DNA of 63,378 bases, counting the filler, from Trichodelitschia bisporula (Eukaryota), in the NCBI GenBank assembly GCA_010356995.1. It is 5 parts of 4 records of this genome, joined end to end, with 100 filler letters (N's around TTAATTAATTAA, not from the genome) between each part and the next. Parts side by side here need not be neighbours in the genome. Positions count along the whole stretch, not along the records: positions 20,301 to 48,621 come from ML996712.1; 4 more parts are not named here. One strand, written 5' to 3'. A model generated the notes under the pieces. The model ran no database searches, was not told where the DNA came from, and worked only from the letters and a program-made list of their open reading frames with translations. The first letter of the stretch is position 1; each line of letters starts with the position of its first letter. Positions 23,001 to 35,559 of the stretch are shown piece after piece. Both the position numbers and the translations under genes were made by a program.

Positions 23001-23111
23001 CTCCCACTCAAACTGAGGTGAATGGAAGTGCACCAACAGTAAGCTCCCACTGCCTCCCATGTCCCGGGATAGAATAAACTCCAAGAGAGACAAAAACAAG
23101 AAGGGGGTTGG

Positions 23112-23199
23112 TGTTAGAAGGTGATGTGTGATCAATGGAAACATCACTGCATCAGAAGTTGGACCGAAGGTCTGTCCATGAATAAGTTGCTTTACTGTC
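23112..23199. mobile_element. Partial LTR-A preceded by a polypurine tract
   Basis: AAAAACAAGAAGGGGGTTGG immediately before TGTTAGAAGG...; homologous to the reverse complement of family A. Confidence 0.8.
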
Positions 23200-23666
23200 G
23201 CGCCCGAGGCAACACATATCGCGCGCGCGAGGGTGTGCGACCTCTTCCTCGACACGCCGGAGTGCAACGCGCACACCACGGCCGTAGACGCGTTATGGTC
23301 CGGCACACCGGTGGTCACGCTCGCGCTGCACGAGCATAAGATGTGCTTCCGCATGGCGGCGAGTATTCTAGCCGGGGCGTGTCTGCGCGGGGAAGAGGGG
23401 GAAAGGATGGTCGGGAATTGGCTGCGGGGAGTGAGGAGGAGTATGAGGTTTTTGCGGTTAGGTTGGGGAGGGGCGGGGTTAGGGGGAGACTGGAGGGGTT
23501 GAGGAGGGGGTTGTATGAGGGACGGAATGGATGTGCGCTTTTTGATACGGCGAGATGGGTTAGGGTTGTGGAGGGGGCGCATGAGGTTGTGTGGCAGCGG
23601 TGGGTGGGCGCGGTGGGGGGGGATGTTTGGTTGGGGGAGGAGGGGGAGGAGAGTGGTGGTGGGTGA
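23197..23666 (+). pseudogene. C-terminal fragment of O-GlcNAc transferase (GT41)
   Basis: HIARARVCDLFLDTPECNAHTTAVDALWSGTPVVTL...KMCFRMAASIL, a frameshift near 23410, then SEEEYE...LFDTARWV...WQRWV...GGDVWL*; the 5' part is replaced by LTR-A. Confidence 0.8.
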
Positions 23667-24699
23667 GGGGAGGGGGTGGGAGGGGTTAGGCATGTGCTTC
23701 CGCTCGCTTGGTGGGGTGAGGGTATTGTGAGGACTGAGCGGACTGGATTGGACTGCGGGATGCGGGTATTATTTGCACGGACTGGACTGGACTGGAGGGA
23801 ACGGGGAATGGGAAACGGGAAAGGCGTTTATGCTAGCGGGAATTGTGGAGTAAAATGAGCGTTCGGCCGCTGTCTTGAGAGGCGTATACGGCTTTCGTTT
23901 GGGTTAGGGACTGGGAATGGGAAGGATACACATCCGCGCTGGGGGGGGTATGCGAGTGTATGGAACTGGATGGGATGGAGCCTACGAGGCGGATTTGGGT
24001 TGTGGCGCACGTTGGGCTGGAATGGGTATATCGGGTAATGTGCGGGTCTGGGCTCGTGGGGGTGCGTCGGGTAGTGACAGTGCTGCGGATAGTGACACAC
24101 TGGCGACTGCGGGTTGGATGGGAGGGATCCTGGGTATATGTGTGCTGGATCGAGACCATTGTTTAGGGCCTCCCTGTGGATTGCGGAGTGTGTGCGGCTA
24201 GGTGGACAGGTGGTGGGTGGATGAGGACGGGTATGGTCCTCAATTTGCAGTGGCTCTAGTGAGCGGATGGTAGACAGGTTCTAATGGGTATGGCCATGAA
24301 TTTGCAGTGGCTTTCATTGATGCCGTTGACAACTTTTAGAATTTGTAGTATGTGCGCTTCTGAATGCTTCAGACCGCTGTCTATCGCTATGAAAGGCAAA
24401 GCCAACTATACACACGACCCTCGTGTCGCCATCGTTCTCACCGAGGCATGTCGCCCATGTGGACGCTCGTGTCACGTATCCTTCGCCAGCAGCCCTCGTG
24501 CTGCGTTACCATGGCCTTCAGCGTCCACCCGATTGCTCCGTCTTAATATCCTCCCGAAGCGCGAGCCGCTTAAGCCGTGCTGTCGTGTTCCAACGAAACA
24601 GCGTGCTTCCAGCGCTTCGTCTCCCACGCAGAATGCGTAACTCCCCTCGGCACACGCCGTCCAAAGAAAAACCTATCCCATCCCTTCGCCTTTTCCTCC

Positions 24700-25770
24700 T
24701 CAAGGCACCCCAAACTTCCCCATCCCCATCTCCCCAAACACAAGCACATCCCCCACCAAGACCGGCTCACACCCCTCAACCCCATACACGCCGTACCCCA
24801 TCCCTCCTCCCACACCATACCTCCCCACCTCCCACCCGGCATCGTACCCATACGCGAATGCCCCGTCCGGGCTGAGACTCGGTGGAGGCAGCAAAGGCGG
24901 GGCGCCGAAGTCGCTTTCTTCGCCGAGGAGGGTGGTGGGTGTTTGGGCGTAGGTTGATTGTGGACTGAGGGTTAGGGTTGGACTTGGGAGGTGGGGGGGG
25001 AAGGCGGAGGCTGGGAGGAGTTGGTGGGGGGCGTTGGAGAGGAGAGGCTCGCACATTGCTGGTGGGGGGAGGGCGAAGGAGGGTGGTGGGGGTGGGGTAA
25101 GGAAGGTTGGGTTTTGGATGCGTTGTTGCTGTGCTTGTTGTTGATGTTGTTGCGCCTGCTGTTGTTGATGTTGATGCTGGTGTTGGTGTTGATGTTGATG
25201 CTGATGTTGATGCTGATGATGCGAAGCCGCAACCACGACATGCGGACTCGAAGGACTCCCAACACTACTCGGCCCATCCACCCGCACCGAAGGCGGACAC
25301 ACGCCGCCTGGACAGCACCGTCTCCCCAACAGCGCCGCAAGCCGCGAAACCGGATCATCCTCACTCGCCTCTCCCGGCTGGAGAAACGGGCTCGCCTGTG
25401 CCGCCGGATCCAGATCATCAGATTGCGGATTCCCGTGCACCTCGGGCGATTCAGAAGTCGCATCTGATCGTACCGCACTCTCAAGCTCCCCCTCACTAAC
25501 CCCCTTCCGCCGGAGTAAAGCCTTTAGCCGCGCGTTCTCGTCCAGGACCCTTCGGGCCGCGGCTTGCATCTCGGCGGACGCGGTGATTCCTGCGGAGGTG
25601 CATTCGCGGTACTTGGCTTCGAGGCTGGCGAGGTACTCTTTCCTGCGCGCGCGGGAGCGGCGTTGGTTGTCGCGGATGCGGGCGAGGTTGGCTTTCTGGC
25701 TGCTGTCAGCGAGAGATTGGTGAGGAGAGGCGGGTGGGAGGCGGACTGGGTCTTTTGGTTCGGGCATCAT
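24700..25770 (-). CDS. Fungal bZIP-like transcription factor with His/Gln-rich tract
   Basis: LARIRDNQRRSRARRKEYLASLEAKYREC...ASAEMQAAARRVLDENARLKALL; (HQ)n/polyQ near 25120-25220. The 3' end is uncertain. Confidence 0.75.
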   Translation of the reverse strand: MMPEPKDPVRLPPASPHQSLADSSQKANLARIRDNQRRSRARRKEYLASLEAKYRECTSAGITASAEMQAAARRVLDENARLKALLRRKGVSEGELESAVRSDATSESPEVHGNPQSDDLDPAAQASPFLQPGEASEDDPVSRLAALLGRRCCPGGVCPPSVRVDGPSSVGSPSSPHVVVAASHHQHQHQHQHQHQHQHQHQQQQAQQHQQQAQQQRIQNPTFLTPPPPPSFALPPPAMCEPLLSNAPHQLLPASAFPPHLPSPTLTLSPQSTYAQTPTTLLGEESDFGAPPLLPPPSLSPDGAFAYGYDAGWEVGRYGVGGGMGYGVYGVEGCEPVLVGDVLVFGEMGMGKFGVP

Positions 25771-28700
25771 GAATTGATGTTGTGATGGATGGAGGATAGG
25801 TGGTGGTGAGGCTGGTGTAGAGAGGGTGATGGTGTTTAGTCGTGGAGCATGCGGCTTGGCGATGGTCGCCCAAGGGCAGGTAGGTGGTTGAAGAGGAGGA
25901 TGCGGTCCGATGCGGGGGGGGGGGGGACAGAGGGCCGATAAAAGTAAAATGGAAGCCGTGTGGAAGGCCCGTGGCGCCCCACCTGCTTGAACGCGCGGGT
26001 TTGGGGACGGGCTGAGTGGCTTATGGCGGCGTGTCCGGGGGGGGGATAACACGGCGTGTGGGTGTGGGTGCTTGGGTTGGTATTTCAGGAAGGCTGATTT
26101 TTGATGGGATCGTGGCTCAGGCTCTTCTGGGGGGGTTCAAGGTGGGTGGTGGATAGTTTGGGAGTAGCGGGATTGATGACGGTGATCGGGGGATGTAAAT
26201 TGAGGAGGATGATACTCGAGAGAGGAGTGCGGCTGCGTTCTCGATGATTTGGGGGCGGAGAGGTGGGGAGGGGATTGCTCGGTACTTCGTACGTTCACTG
26301 TGCTGCAGCATGCGGGGATACAGTAGAATAGAGTCTTTCGTTCTGGACAGCAGGGGGGATACATATGTCGAGCTAGGTGATGACGGGGGATGGGCGGCTT
26401 GCATATGCATTTGGCAGGCCGTGGAGGGTGGAGCGGAGATACAAGCCTTGAGCAATCAGCGGCAGGATGGAAAGGTGGGGCGTGCTTGTCGGTTGAAGAG
26501 GTTAGTTAGGATGCTTGAAGTGCTTGAAGCGCTTAAAGCGAGAACGGATTGTAGGGCGGGAATGGCGTCAAGACGGGCTTGACGGGTTATGAGGGTGGAG
26601 ATGCTAGTGCTGTGGATTGAGGGGCACGAGGATGTCTGACGGCGTGTGAATGGATGAGGTATGGGCCGGAGTGGTGGAGCGAAGCGGGTAAAAAGTAAGA
26701 GTGGCGCAAGTCTGAACCGACGATGGTTGCTCGTCATCGAACCACCTCTACATATAACCTCAAGACGATCGGAAGCAGCAATCGGTAGAGTACCAGCAAT
26801 GAACACCTTCGGGGACTCGTTCACCACACTACCATCGGATCGCTCCCGAACCTGATCCCCATGCGAGAAACTCGCCGCTCCGAGCACCCGGTGGAACCGA
26901 TGCAAATCCCCGAGTCTAGTTTCAGCAAGCCGAGTACCGGCACGATGCCCGAAATAGACGATGACTGCAGCTCGAGAGAGTGGATATTGAAAGGATCGTT
27001 TCCCCGCGGAGTTCCCATGCAGCACCACCATCACCACCCTCTTCTCCAACCTCCCAACCGAACGAATCCAATGGCGCAGTCCCCACCATCCACACTCCCC
27101 CCCCCTCAACCCCGCAGCCTCGCTCATAAACTCGGCGTCCAATACCCACCACTTGCCGCGAAGAAGAGCAACATATAACACCATTTCCACCCTCACAACC
27201 CCACAACCCTCCGCCCCACCCCCCACATCCCCTCGAAGCACGCCCTCTCACCCGCCAAACCCATTGGCAGCTCCGACGTCCGCCACGCATCGAGTACGTA
27301 AAGCCGCAGTCCCCAGAAACGCAGGACCTCGTCCGCCACCAAGCACCTCTTCCCCCTCTTCCAAACCACCACACGGCACCTCAGAACCGAGAGCATCGCC
27401 CTCCCCTCAGACATCCCCCCGATCCAAGCGTCCGTCCTCCCTTCTCGTACAAGACTCCAAAGCATCACACCCCCACACTTCACAGTCCCAAACCCACGAC
27501 ACCAGCACCAGGCACACACGCAAGCACCTCCCACATCCCCAGCAACCCGACCGTGCAGAAAACGGTGACATGCCAGCGCCATCAGCCTAGCAGATCTTTA
27601 CGAGTGGTGGGGAGGTGGGGGTTGAAGTCCACGAGCTGTCCAATCAGAGCTGCCCTAACTCATACACGTGGGGTGTTGGCTGGTCGTGGAGTGTCGCCAG
27701 GCTGCCAAGGGCGGAAGCGGGAAGGATGGGGGGGGGAAGGGTGTGGCTGAGGATTGGAGGGAGGGAGGGGGGGTTTTAGTGGAGTGCGAGAAGACCGGGC
27801 CGGATGGATGTTTGGCCGGGGATGGGTCACGGGGTTTGGAGCTTGCTTGATAGGAGGAGGGCATGAGCTGAACTGGACAACTTCGGGTGTGGTGAGTGCG
27901 GTTGAATGTCCGGCTTGACTTTGGGACGACTTTATGGATGCCTGGTATCCGCGAGGCTTGGGGTGAACATCACCTTCCCATTGACACGCTACAACACTCC
28001 GGAAATTGGACTTCGAGCTTTAAGTCAGGACTGTATTACCACCGTGGCGCGGATAAGCAAGCACGATACACCAGAAGCAAATTACCGGGTAGACTCCGAT
28101 ACACAAACCTGGCGCCTATTCTTGTGATATCCAGCCACGCGGAGCCGCAGGGTCGTCCGATCCAACGAGATGTTACCCGCAACGAACCCACCATGGAGAG
28201 CTGGGAGTCGATACACCAGACACATCCGCTGGCTGACTCAGAGAGGTCCAGCAAGAGCCATCAGGAACAGCATGTCGGAAACAGCGGACCCTCAGACACT
28301 CGCAAACAGTCAGCAACCACGAAGAGACCTCGAGACACAACACTGTGATTCCTCTAATCACACCCCATCATCCTCCCTGCTAATACACATTCGCGCCCGC
28401 GGCCGGCAGCACACTTACAACGCATAAGTTAACGAACCCCAAGAAACAAACAGCAAAACAGCTGGACCAAGAAGATATTGCGCAAACAAACGGGAAAAGA
28501 AACGAAGGAGGTAAAAGCGAGAGAAGCGTATTGGCAAGACGGAAATACGCCTCCGAATCTCCAAGATAGATGCACCTCTCCCAACCGCCCCACTCCAAAC
28601 TCTTTCGAAATGGAGGGCCATTTTTTTGCGGCATCGCATGCATGTCCGTAGCCTCTTTGACCCCCAAGCCCCCATGAGTATGACTGCGCTTTCCCCTCCC

Positions 28701-28824
28701 CCCCAAAAAAAAAGATCAACACCCTGCGCGCAAACCGGCCGCAAACATGCAAACAGGCCCCAACGAATGCAAGAGCATCCTTGATTCTTCTCTGCCTCTT
28801 GTCTCCAGTCCCTTCCTATATCCC

Positions 28825-29671
28825 TTACATGACCGTGCAGCATCCGCATGTCTTGCCCTCCCGCTCGCCATCCATCTCCATCTTGCCCTGCGGCGACTGT
28901 GCCGGCACGCCCGAGGGGTAAGACGACATTTCCTTGTTATACCGGCGAATCTCGCGCACGATTTCGTAAAAGGCTTGGTCAACGTTGCGCCGAGACTTGG
29001 CTGACGTCTCGACGAACTTGCAGTTGAACTGGCGGGCCAGCGCCTCTCCCTCTGCAGGGTGTGTCAGTGCGTGCTACGTAGTGAGGAACGCCAAGGAGAG
29101 CGACTAACCGGCTGTAGACACCTCGCGCTCATTCTCCAGATCGCACTTGTTACCAACGACAATGATGGGAAAGACGTCCTTGTCCTTGACGCGCAGAATC
29201 TGCTGCTGGAAGGTGAGCATCTCCTCAAAGGACTGCCGTGACGTTATCGAGTAGACTAGCAGAAAGCCTTCGCCCGTCCGCATGTACTGCTCGCGCATAG
29301 CCGAGTATTCCTCCTGACCGGCGGTATCGAGGACATCGAGCAACGCGACCTCATCGTCGATGACACACTGCTTGCGGTAGGAATCTGGGGAGTGTAAGCG
29401 CGTGCTCAATGGTGACGCCAAAGAGACGGTGTGATGGAGAGGGGATGGAACAAAGCGGAGACGCGCATACCTTCGATGGTTGGGTCGTATTCGTCTACGA
29501 AATGCGACTGGATGAGTTGTATCGTAAGGCACGACTTGCCGACACCACCGCCGCCGACAACCACCAGCTTGTACTCGCGAAGAAACTAGACGAGTGCACG
29601 CGTTAGCGCTCATTCCGACCATGGCGGAGAGACGCGACAAGACGCAGAGCTGAGCTTACCTTGGATGCCAT
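28825..29671 (-). CDS. ras1: Ras GTPase (Ras1/RasA), 3 introns
   Basis: [22 protein letters not shown]...YDPTIE|DSYRKQ...DTAGQEEY...NKCD...|ETSAK...TCGCCTVM* (CAAX). Confidence 0.96.
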
Positions 29672-30897
29672 CTCAACTGACGCAACCTATGACGCCGACT
29701 GTGCCGGGTTGGGAGGGAACGGAGAGTCGCGTCGATGCTAACAGCGGGCGAGACGGTTGCTTCGATGGGGGGGGGGGTGCGCGTGCAGCGCTTGGTGTTG
29801 ACTGAAGTGAGGATTGTCTTCGGGAAGGGGTGGGGAAGGAATCGCAGGGAGGCCGGGGGGGGTTCGGTAGGTTTGTGTGGAGGACTTTGGGTGCGGGAAG
29901 GCAGAGAGGGAGAAGGGAGGGAGATGGGACTAGTACGGCGCAGCTGCAAGCGTTGTGGTTGGTGGTTGGGAGCGCGAAGGGGGAGGGGGGGGGGGGGGGG
30001 TGGGTAGGTTGCGGGTGGAGGGTGGAGAGGTGGATGATCTCTCTTCGGATGGTGGGGGAGAATATGGAAGCTGATGATTGATGAAGATCGAGAGAGAAGG
30101 GGAGGGCAGTTGATGGTGTTTTCGCAGCGAACGCAGTTCAAGATGCGAATTGTGGTGTTGGTTTTGACTAGGGGGTTGTGTGCGCGTGGTTGTCTCTTGG
30201 GAGGTCTCTCTCTCTCTCTTTCTCTCCTCTCAGCTTTTGGGACTTGTGATTCCGCCTCTTCTTCTGTGCAGCGTCTCCCTTCTCTCTTGCGTCTGCGCCG
30301 ACCAATACCCTTGCAGGGACGGAAGAGGGGGGTGGGATGCACAGACCACGAACCCGACTCCTGATAATCTTGGCGCTTGACACTTCGATTTTGCGTCTCC
30401 TCCTGTCTTTTTCCGCCGATGATCTTGTGCAAGCTCAAAGAAAGGCGAGCGGATATAAACTCAGAGGGCTGGACGACAATGAATCGCTCAGATCTCTTTT
30501 CTCTCACTCGTCGCTCTGCTCTCTTGCTGCATGAGATGATTGGGGGAGTTGGCGGTGTGCAGCATCCCTCTCCCCCCATCCCCATCCCCATCCCCAATCC
30601 ATCCCCCTTCCCCCCCCCACTCCACCTCCCAATTCGCCGCTTTCAGCCTGTGCCATTCGCCAATCACTCCTGCAGCAGCAACTAGCTAATCGCCCGCTTC
30701 ATCCACCGTCGCCTTCAATGAAGCCAGAGACAAAGAAGTCGCTATTGGCATACAGTATCGCTGGGTCAGCTACCATCAGCAGCTGGTACTCCAGCTGGCG
30801 AAGCAGCTCCCAAGCCTCATGAACATGCCATCCCTGCAGCGAACGTGGAAGTCGCCCGTTTTCTTCTGCATCAAAGCCCAAAGCAGAGGATGAGGCT

Positions 30898-30934
30898 ATC
30901 TGCTAGTCACATCTGCTAGTCACATCTGCTAGTC
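30898..30934 (+). repeat. 13-bp tandem repeat (ATCTGCTAGTCAC) ~x3
   Basis: Read directly from the sequence. Confidence 0.85.
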
Positions 30935-32831
30935 GAAACATCGGTTTTGAAGGCCGGCCCGAGCATGAGATGCGTCAAATGCATCACATCCGGGCCCATG
31001 ATTGATGCGCCTGTCCAAAGGCTTGACTCTCACGACTCTCGAGCCCACGCCGCATGAACCACGCCCAGTCCACCGTGTCAAACGAAACTCCGCGGCGGTG
31101 TTTGGATGCAGTCTTCCCCCACATCTCATCCACTCCTTTCCCGCATCTCATTCCATATGCCACTATCACCTTCATCCCGACTCACCATGAACACCGACTC
31201 AGTCCCCTAGCAGCAACGGCGCGCGCGGCAATAAGCACACGACGATCGCACCAGCGAACCGCCTCGCCGACCGCCTTGCTTCCGGCCCTGCACGAAGCAC
31301 CCGCTTTCGCACGCGAAATATGTATCAATATGTACTCTGCACAGCCAGAATCACACAGCACAGGACTCGTACCTACTGCGTAGTCTCTTCCCGCTATCCG
31401 CCATGATATGGCACGTTGTCAGCACCACAACCCGGCCCGGGGCTTATCGCATCCCCGCGCCGGACCTTCATCCGGTGCGAAAGCCCGCCGGCACACCCCG
31501 GGAGTAGACGCAGGGATGCTTCTGCGGGCAACGGAGTCGCAAACACTGTGCCCTCGGCGGCACGGCTTGCATTTGCGGTGCGGTGGAGCATGCATATCGC
31601 CCTTGAGCCGTGTGTTGTTTGCGAGGCGGCATAGCTTTAAAGATGTTCACCCAAGGCAGCGAAGCATCAACACCTCCCTCGCCGCACTTGAAAATCCCTA
31701 ACCGCCGTCTCCACGTTGGGGGGGAGCCCATCATCACAAGCAAAATGTCTCGCAGCGAAACACCACACCCGCCGTACCGCACCGTACCGTACCGTGCCCG
31801 CTTCCATTCGCGCTTCTAGGGTACGCGCCCGTTCGCTTCGCGCAACGAGAAACAACGCCATCCAAGCCGCCGGCCCACGATGCGGCCCCCTGGCCAGGCG
31901 GTGGCGTGAGGCGCTGCTGCAGAATGCAATGCGCCGCGCCGACGCGGGCCTGCAGCGCGCATCCTGAGCTCCGGGCGCGGCGGCGGGAGGGGGCTGGGTT
32001 CGGTTGGCGGGCCGGATGGACGAGGGGTGGCGCGAGTTTGCTGGCAAACTTGAAGACGGTTTCCACGTGGGACATCAAGTTGCAGGTCGAGTATCGTTTC
32101 ACGGATGCAGGGCCACGCTGAATGCGGGGTGTGGCCGAGAGGCAGTTTGGCCAGCGCGCAGAGGTTCTGGTCCTGATTCGAGACGTGCAGGACTCGAGGA
32201 ATGTGGACTCGGTCGTCGCTTCGGACGTCGGCTGACGCGCCTGTACGATTCGTGTACCGTCGGAGGCGAGGGAGATACCCGTATGGCAACGGCTTTTGGC
32301 GCGGATTGCGGGGATTGGCCGGGGGGGCTGTCTAGGTGGGGATATTGGGGTTTGAGGGGACGACCAATGCGGGGTAGGCAATCTGGAATCCTGGAATACG
32401 GCTTCACGACTGTGTCCAGATCGAGTGGAGCGCAAGACTCGCCTTCAGCTGAGATCAGCTGCCCGGCGATCAATATGACGTGACTGTCGAATCGAAACAT
32501 TGGATCTTGCGATCCATGGCCGATCTCTCTACTCGCTTGCTCGCCTTGCTCTCCTTCACTTCATACGAGAAAGACGGGTGTGCCGACTCTATATGCTAAC
32601 CGCTACAACATAGGAAGAAGAGAGATAGCCATGCAGGAAAGCTTTAGAGATCCGTTCGCCTCAAACCTTTACATATCCAGCGTCTAGGTATTGTGCGCCG
32701 GAAGCCTCATCTCACCCATCCCACCTTCCTCTTCCAGATGAAACCCTCCCTTGTAGATGTACATGATCATGCGCTTCTCGCTCCAGTATTTTCCGCAGTC
32801 CTCAAGTCACTGTACAGAGTAAGAGATCAGC

Positions 32832-33816
32832 CTACGCATCCGCATCCGACCCGTCACTCTCGTCCTCACCCTCCTTGTTTATGCGCCGCCCCTGCACCTC
32901 CTTCTCCACACGCGACACCAGGCTTTCGATAAACTCGCGGTCTCTCCCCACCAGCGTCACCGTGTTATGCTTCTTTCCCCACCGCGGATAGCTCCCCACC
33001 TTGACCCCGCGCGGCTCGACTTCCTTTGCCAGCGCCGTCAGGAACTCCGCTACGGCGCTCTCGGCCAGCGGCGTCGAGATGAGCACGCGGTACGACGCTC
33101 CGTTCGGATCCACCAGACGCGGCAGCAACAGCGGTTTGAACTCATCAAGGAGACGCTCAAACAGACGCGGCACGCCAGGTAGGATGTGTACGTTGCCATT
33201 GACGATAGCGAGCGGGATCCACAGGTCCTCTGCGACGAAGACGGCCTGCTCTTCCAGCGGCCGCGCAGGGTCGATGGGAATCTCCACCATACGCCGCTTA
33301 GCGGCCAGGGCGGGCGATTCAGTGACCCAGTCGAAGTTGGGCTGCGACTTGTGCGGCTTCGACAGCCGCTGCATGCGCACCCATGCCCCGTCGTGGAGTG
33401 TGAGGGGCAGGTTGAAGGCTTTGGCGATGGAGGAGTATGTGATGTCGTCGTGTGTCGGGCCTATGCCGCCGCTAGTGCACACAAAGTCGTAGTTCTTGGA
33501 CATGCGGCGCACGCACTCGATTATGTCGGCTTCATCGTCGGGGATGACCTCGATGCGCTTGAGGTCGATGCCGAGGTTGAAGCAGAACTTTGCGAAGTAG
33601 GCCGAGTTTGTGTCAACGGTCTAGTATGGTGAGCATTGCCTTAAGGATGTAGCTTGACCGGCGCACCTTGCCGCCGAGTACTTCATCCCCGATGATGAGA
33701 CACGCGGCCGTGTGGATCTTCTTGCTCGCCATGGGCGCTGCTGCGGCGGAGACGTGAGCGTAGTTGGGGAGCGGGCGAGTGAGATGGCGTGCCAGTTGAT
33801 GGAGACGGGCAAACAT
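32832..33816 (-). CDS. MoCF-biosynthesis/CinA-like domain protein (FPY1-like FAD diphosphatase), 1 intron
   Basis: TAACLIIGDEVLGGK|TVDTNS...TSGGIGPTHDDITY...ILPGVPRLF...KVGSYPRWG; Arg-rich, acid-free N-terminus. Confidence 0.88.
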
Positions 33817-34526
33817 GAGTGGCGTGTTGGTTTATAGGGTCGTGGAGTTCTCCTCGAGCACCTGTTCTCACGCCAGCCGCCTGACGGCATCGGGTTCGGC
33901 TGCCATGTGCCGGTTGCGGGGGATGTTGGAGATCGGGGCTTGGCATCGCATATCGGACCCGGATGGACACGAAGACGAACGCCATGCGCTGCATCCTTGG
34001 TTATCTCAATCTTGGTCGGTCTATCATTGCTTCAAAGCGAGTTGAAGCTTTGACTCATGGATTGACGGTCCGGCATCTGACGAACTATGCAGCAATCTGA
34101 CTTTGACGAGAGTAGACATGGGCGATATTCATCTACCTCAATGCACCTTGTGTTGGACTCAATTGACGACTGAATGGTGCGATCATGCTCAAGTGCCCAT
34201 GAAGTAAGCTTGACCTATACGAACACGCCTGGTTGCTTGTAAGGGAGGCAGAGACGGCTCTGCAAGCGAAGAGGCAAGTTAACCAACGAAGAGGCGGACA
34301 GCTATCCGCTCACCAGGTCCAATATTGTATTCAGCTGGCAAGAAGAAGATTCTGCAATTGGATACTTCGCAGCTTTGCAGTTGGTGCAGTTTTAGGGAGC
34401 TCAAATATGTCCAACATCTTCGGCGTGCTCTGTATGATTTCGAGCGTGGTGTACCATCTCTGCCATCCCGTCGATATTTTGTCCACGATATATGTACATG
34501 GCCGCTCTTGCAGTCCTCTTTATCGC

Positions 34527-34886
34527 CTACTCTTCGGAATCTCCTTTTCGCGCTATGCGAATCGGCAATGCCCCTCCCTCGTCCCGCTTGAATCCAAGAA
34601 CCTGTCCTACGAGCCCGCCGGGCTTGGGCACGGGACACTCGCGCTTCCGCTCTGCAGCCATACCAGCCACAGCCTCCGGATCAGGCTCATTATCGGCGCC
34701 TTCGGCCGGTTTTATCCTTCTGCGACGGCGACGTGGAGCATTGGGGTCGTCGGTCTCGGCAAGGGCGTGGAGGGGCACAGGACAGGGGAGTAGATGCGGT
34801 ACACCCACCACGAGGAAGGATAGTGCGAGCGTGCTGGTGAAGAGGGAAAGCGTGAGGTGCGAGCGGGGGTGGAGAGCTGGAGGCAT
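34527..34886 (-). CDS. Small Coa2-like mitochondrial protein
   Basis: MPPALHPRS...SLFTSTLALSFLVVGVPHLLPCPV...RECPVPKPGGLVG, a recognisable small Pezizomycotina family. Confidence 0.7.
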   Translation of the reverse strand: MPPALHPRSHLTLSLFTSTLALSFLVVGVPHLLPCPVPLHALAETDDPNAPRRRRRRIKPAEGADNEPDPEAVAGMAAERKRECPVPKPGGLVGQVLGFKRDEGGALPIRIARKGDSEE

Positions 34887-35559
34887 CGTGGGCGGAGGGA
34901 GCTGAATCGAAACGGTATATCGCGCGAGTGTTGGGGAGTTGAGGGGCTACGAAGCCCGCATTGGAGTCTGCGAAGCCTGGAGTCAGCTACGTGATTATGC
35001 AATTGAGTTCAGCAACTGGCGGAGCTCACCTGAGTAGAGTCGGCAATGTCGAGATCCACGGAAGTCGCCGGTCGATAGAGCTTTGGTGGTGTTGGAAGTC
35101 GAGCCGTGGCCAGCATGCTGCTTGCCGGATCGGCCCGACTTTTGCAGGCCAGGATTTTCTCCAACCCCGGAGGGTGTGGCTGGTGAGGGCACGGACCCCT
35201 TGGACAGGTCCCGCGTGTGGCGCGACAACTTCAAGTTTGCCGCCTGCCGCGCGCACTCTTTCCCTTTAGAGTAGTGACCGATTACAACATTGCATCCATC
35301 TGAAGTCTCCTCTTTTATTCGATCTAATCTAGCGTCTGATATTTATCCTGTTGTCACCCGCTGGTACTTCACATACACGCCCATTCCACCGGAATCGTCG
35401 TCGTTTCGAATAGTTGCCGCCGCGCCTCCATAGCTATCCATTCGCCCCCACAAGCCGAAGCACCCACCTCCGTTGCAACTCGTGGCCACCTACGTCGTAC
35501 CGCTCTTACCTGGAGAACCGCGCATAGGTGGGGCTTGAGCTTCCAGGCCCTCCGCCACC

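Noticed and set aside
26456..32500. Many 100-313 aa ORFs around ras1 (e.g. 29656-30597, 26456-27241, 31734-32435)
   Set aside because: Low-complexity G/C-run UTR and promoter sequence with no domain signal.
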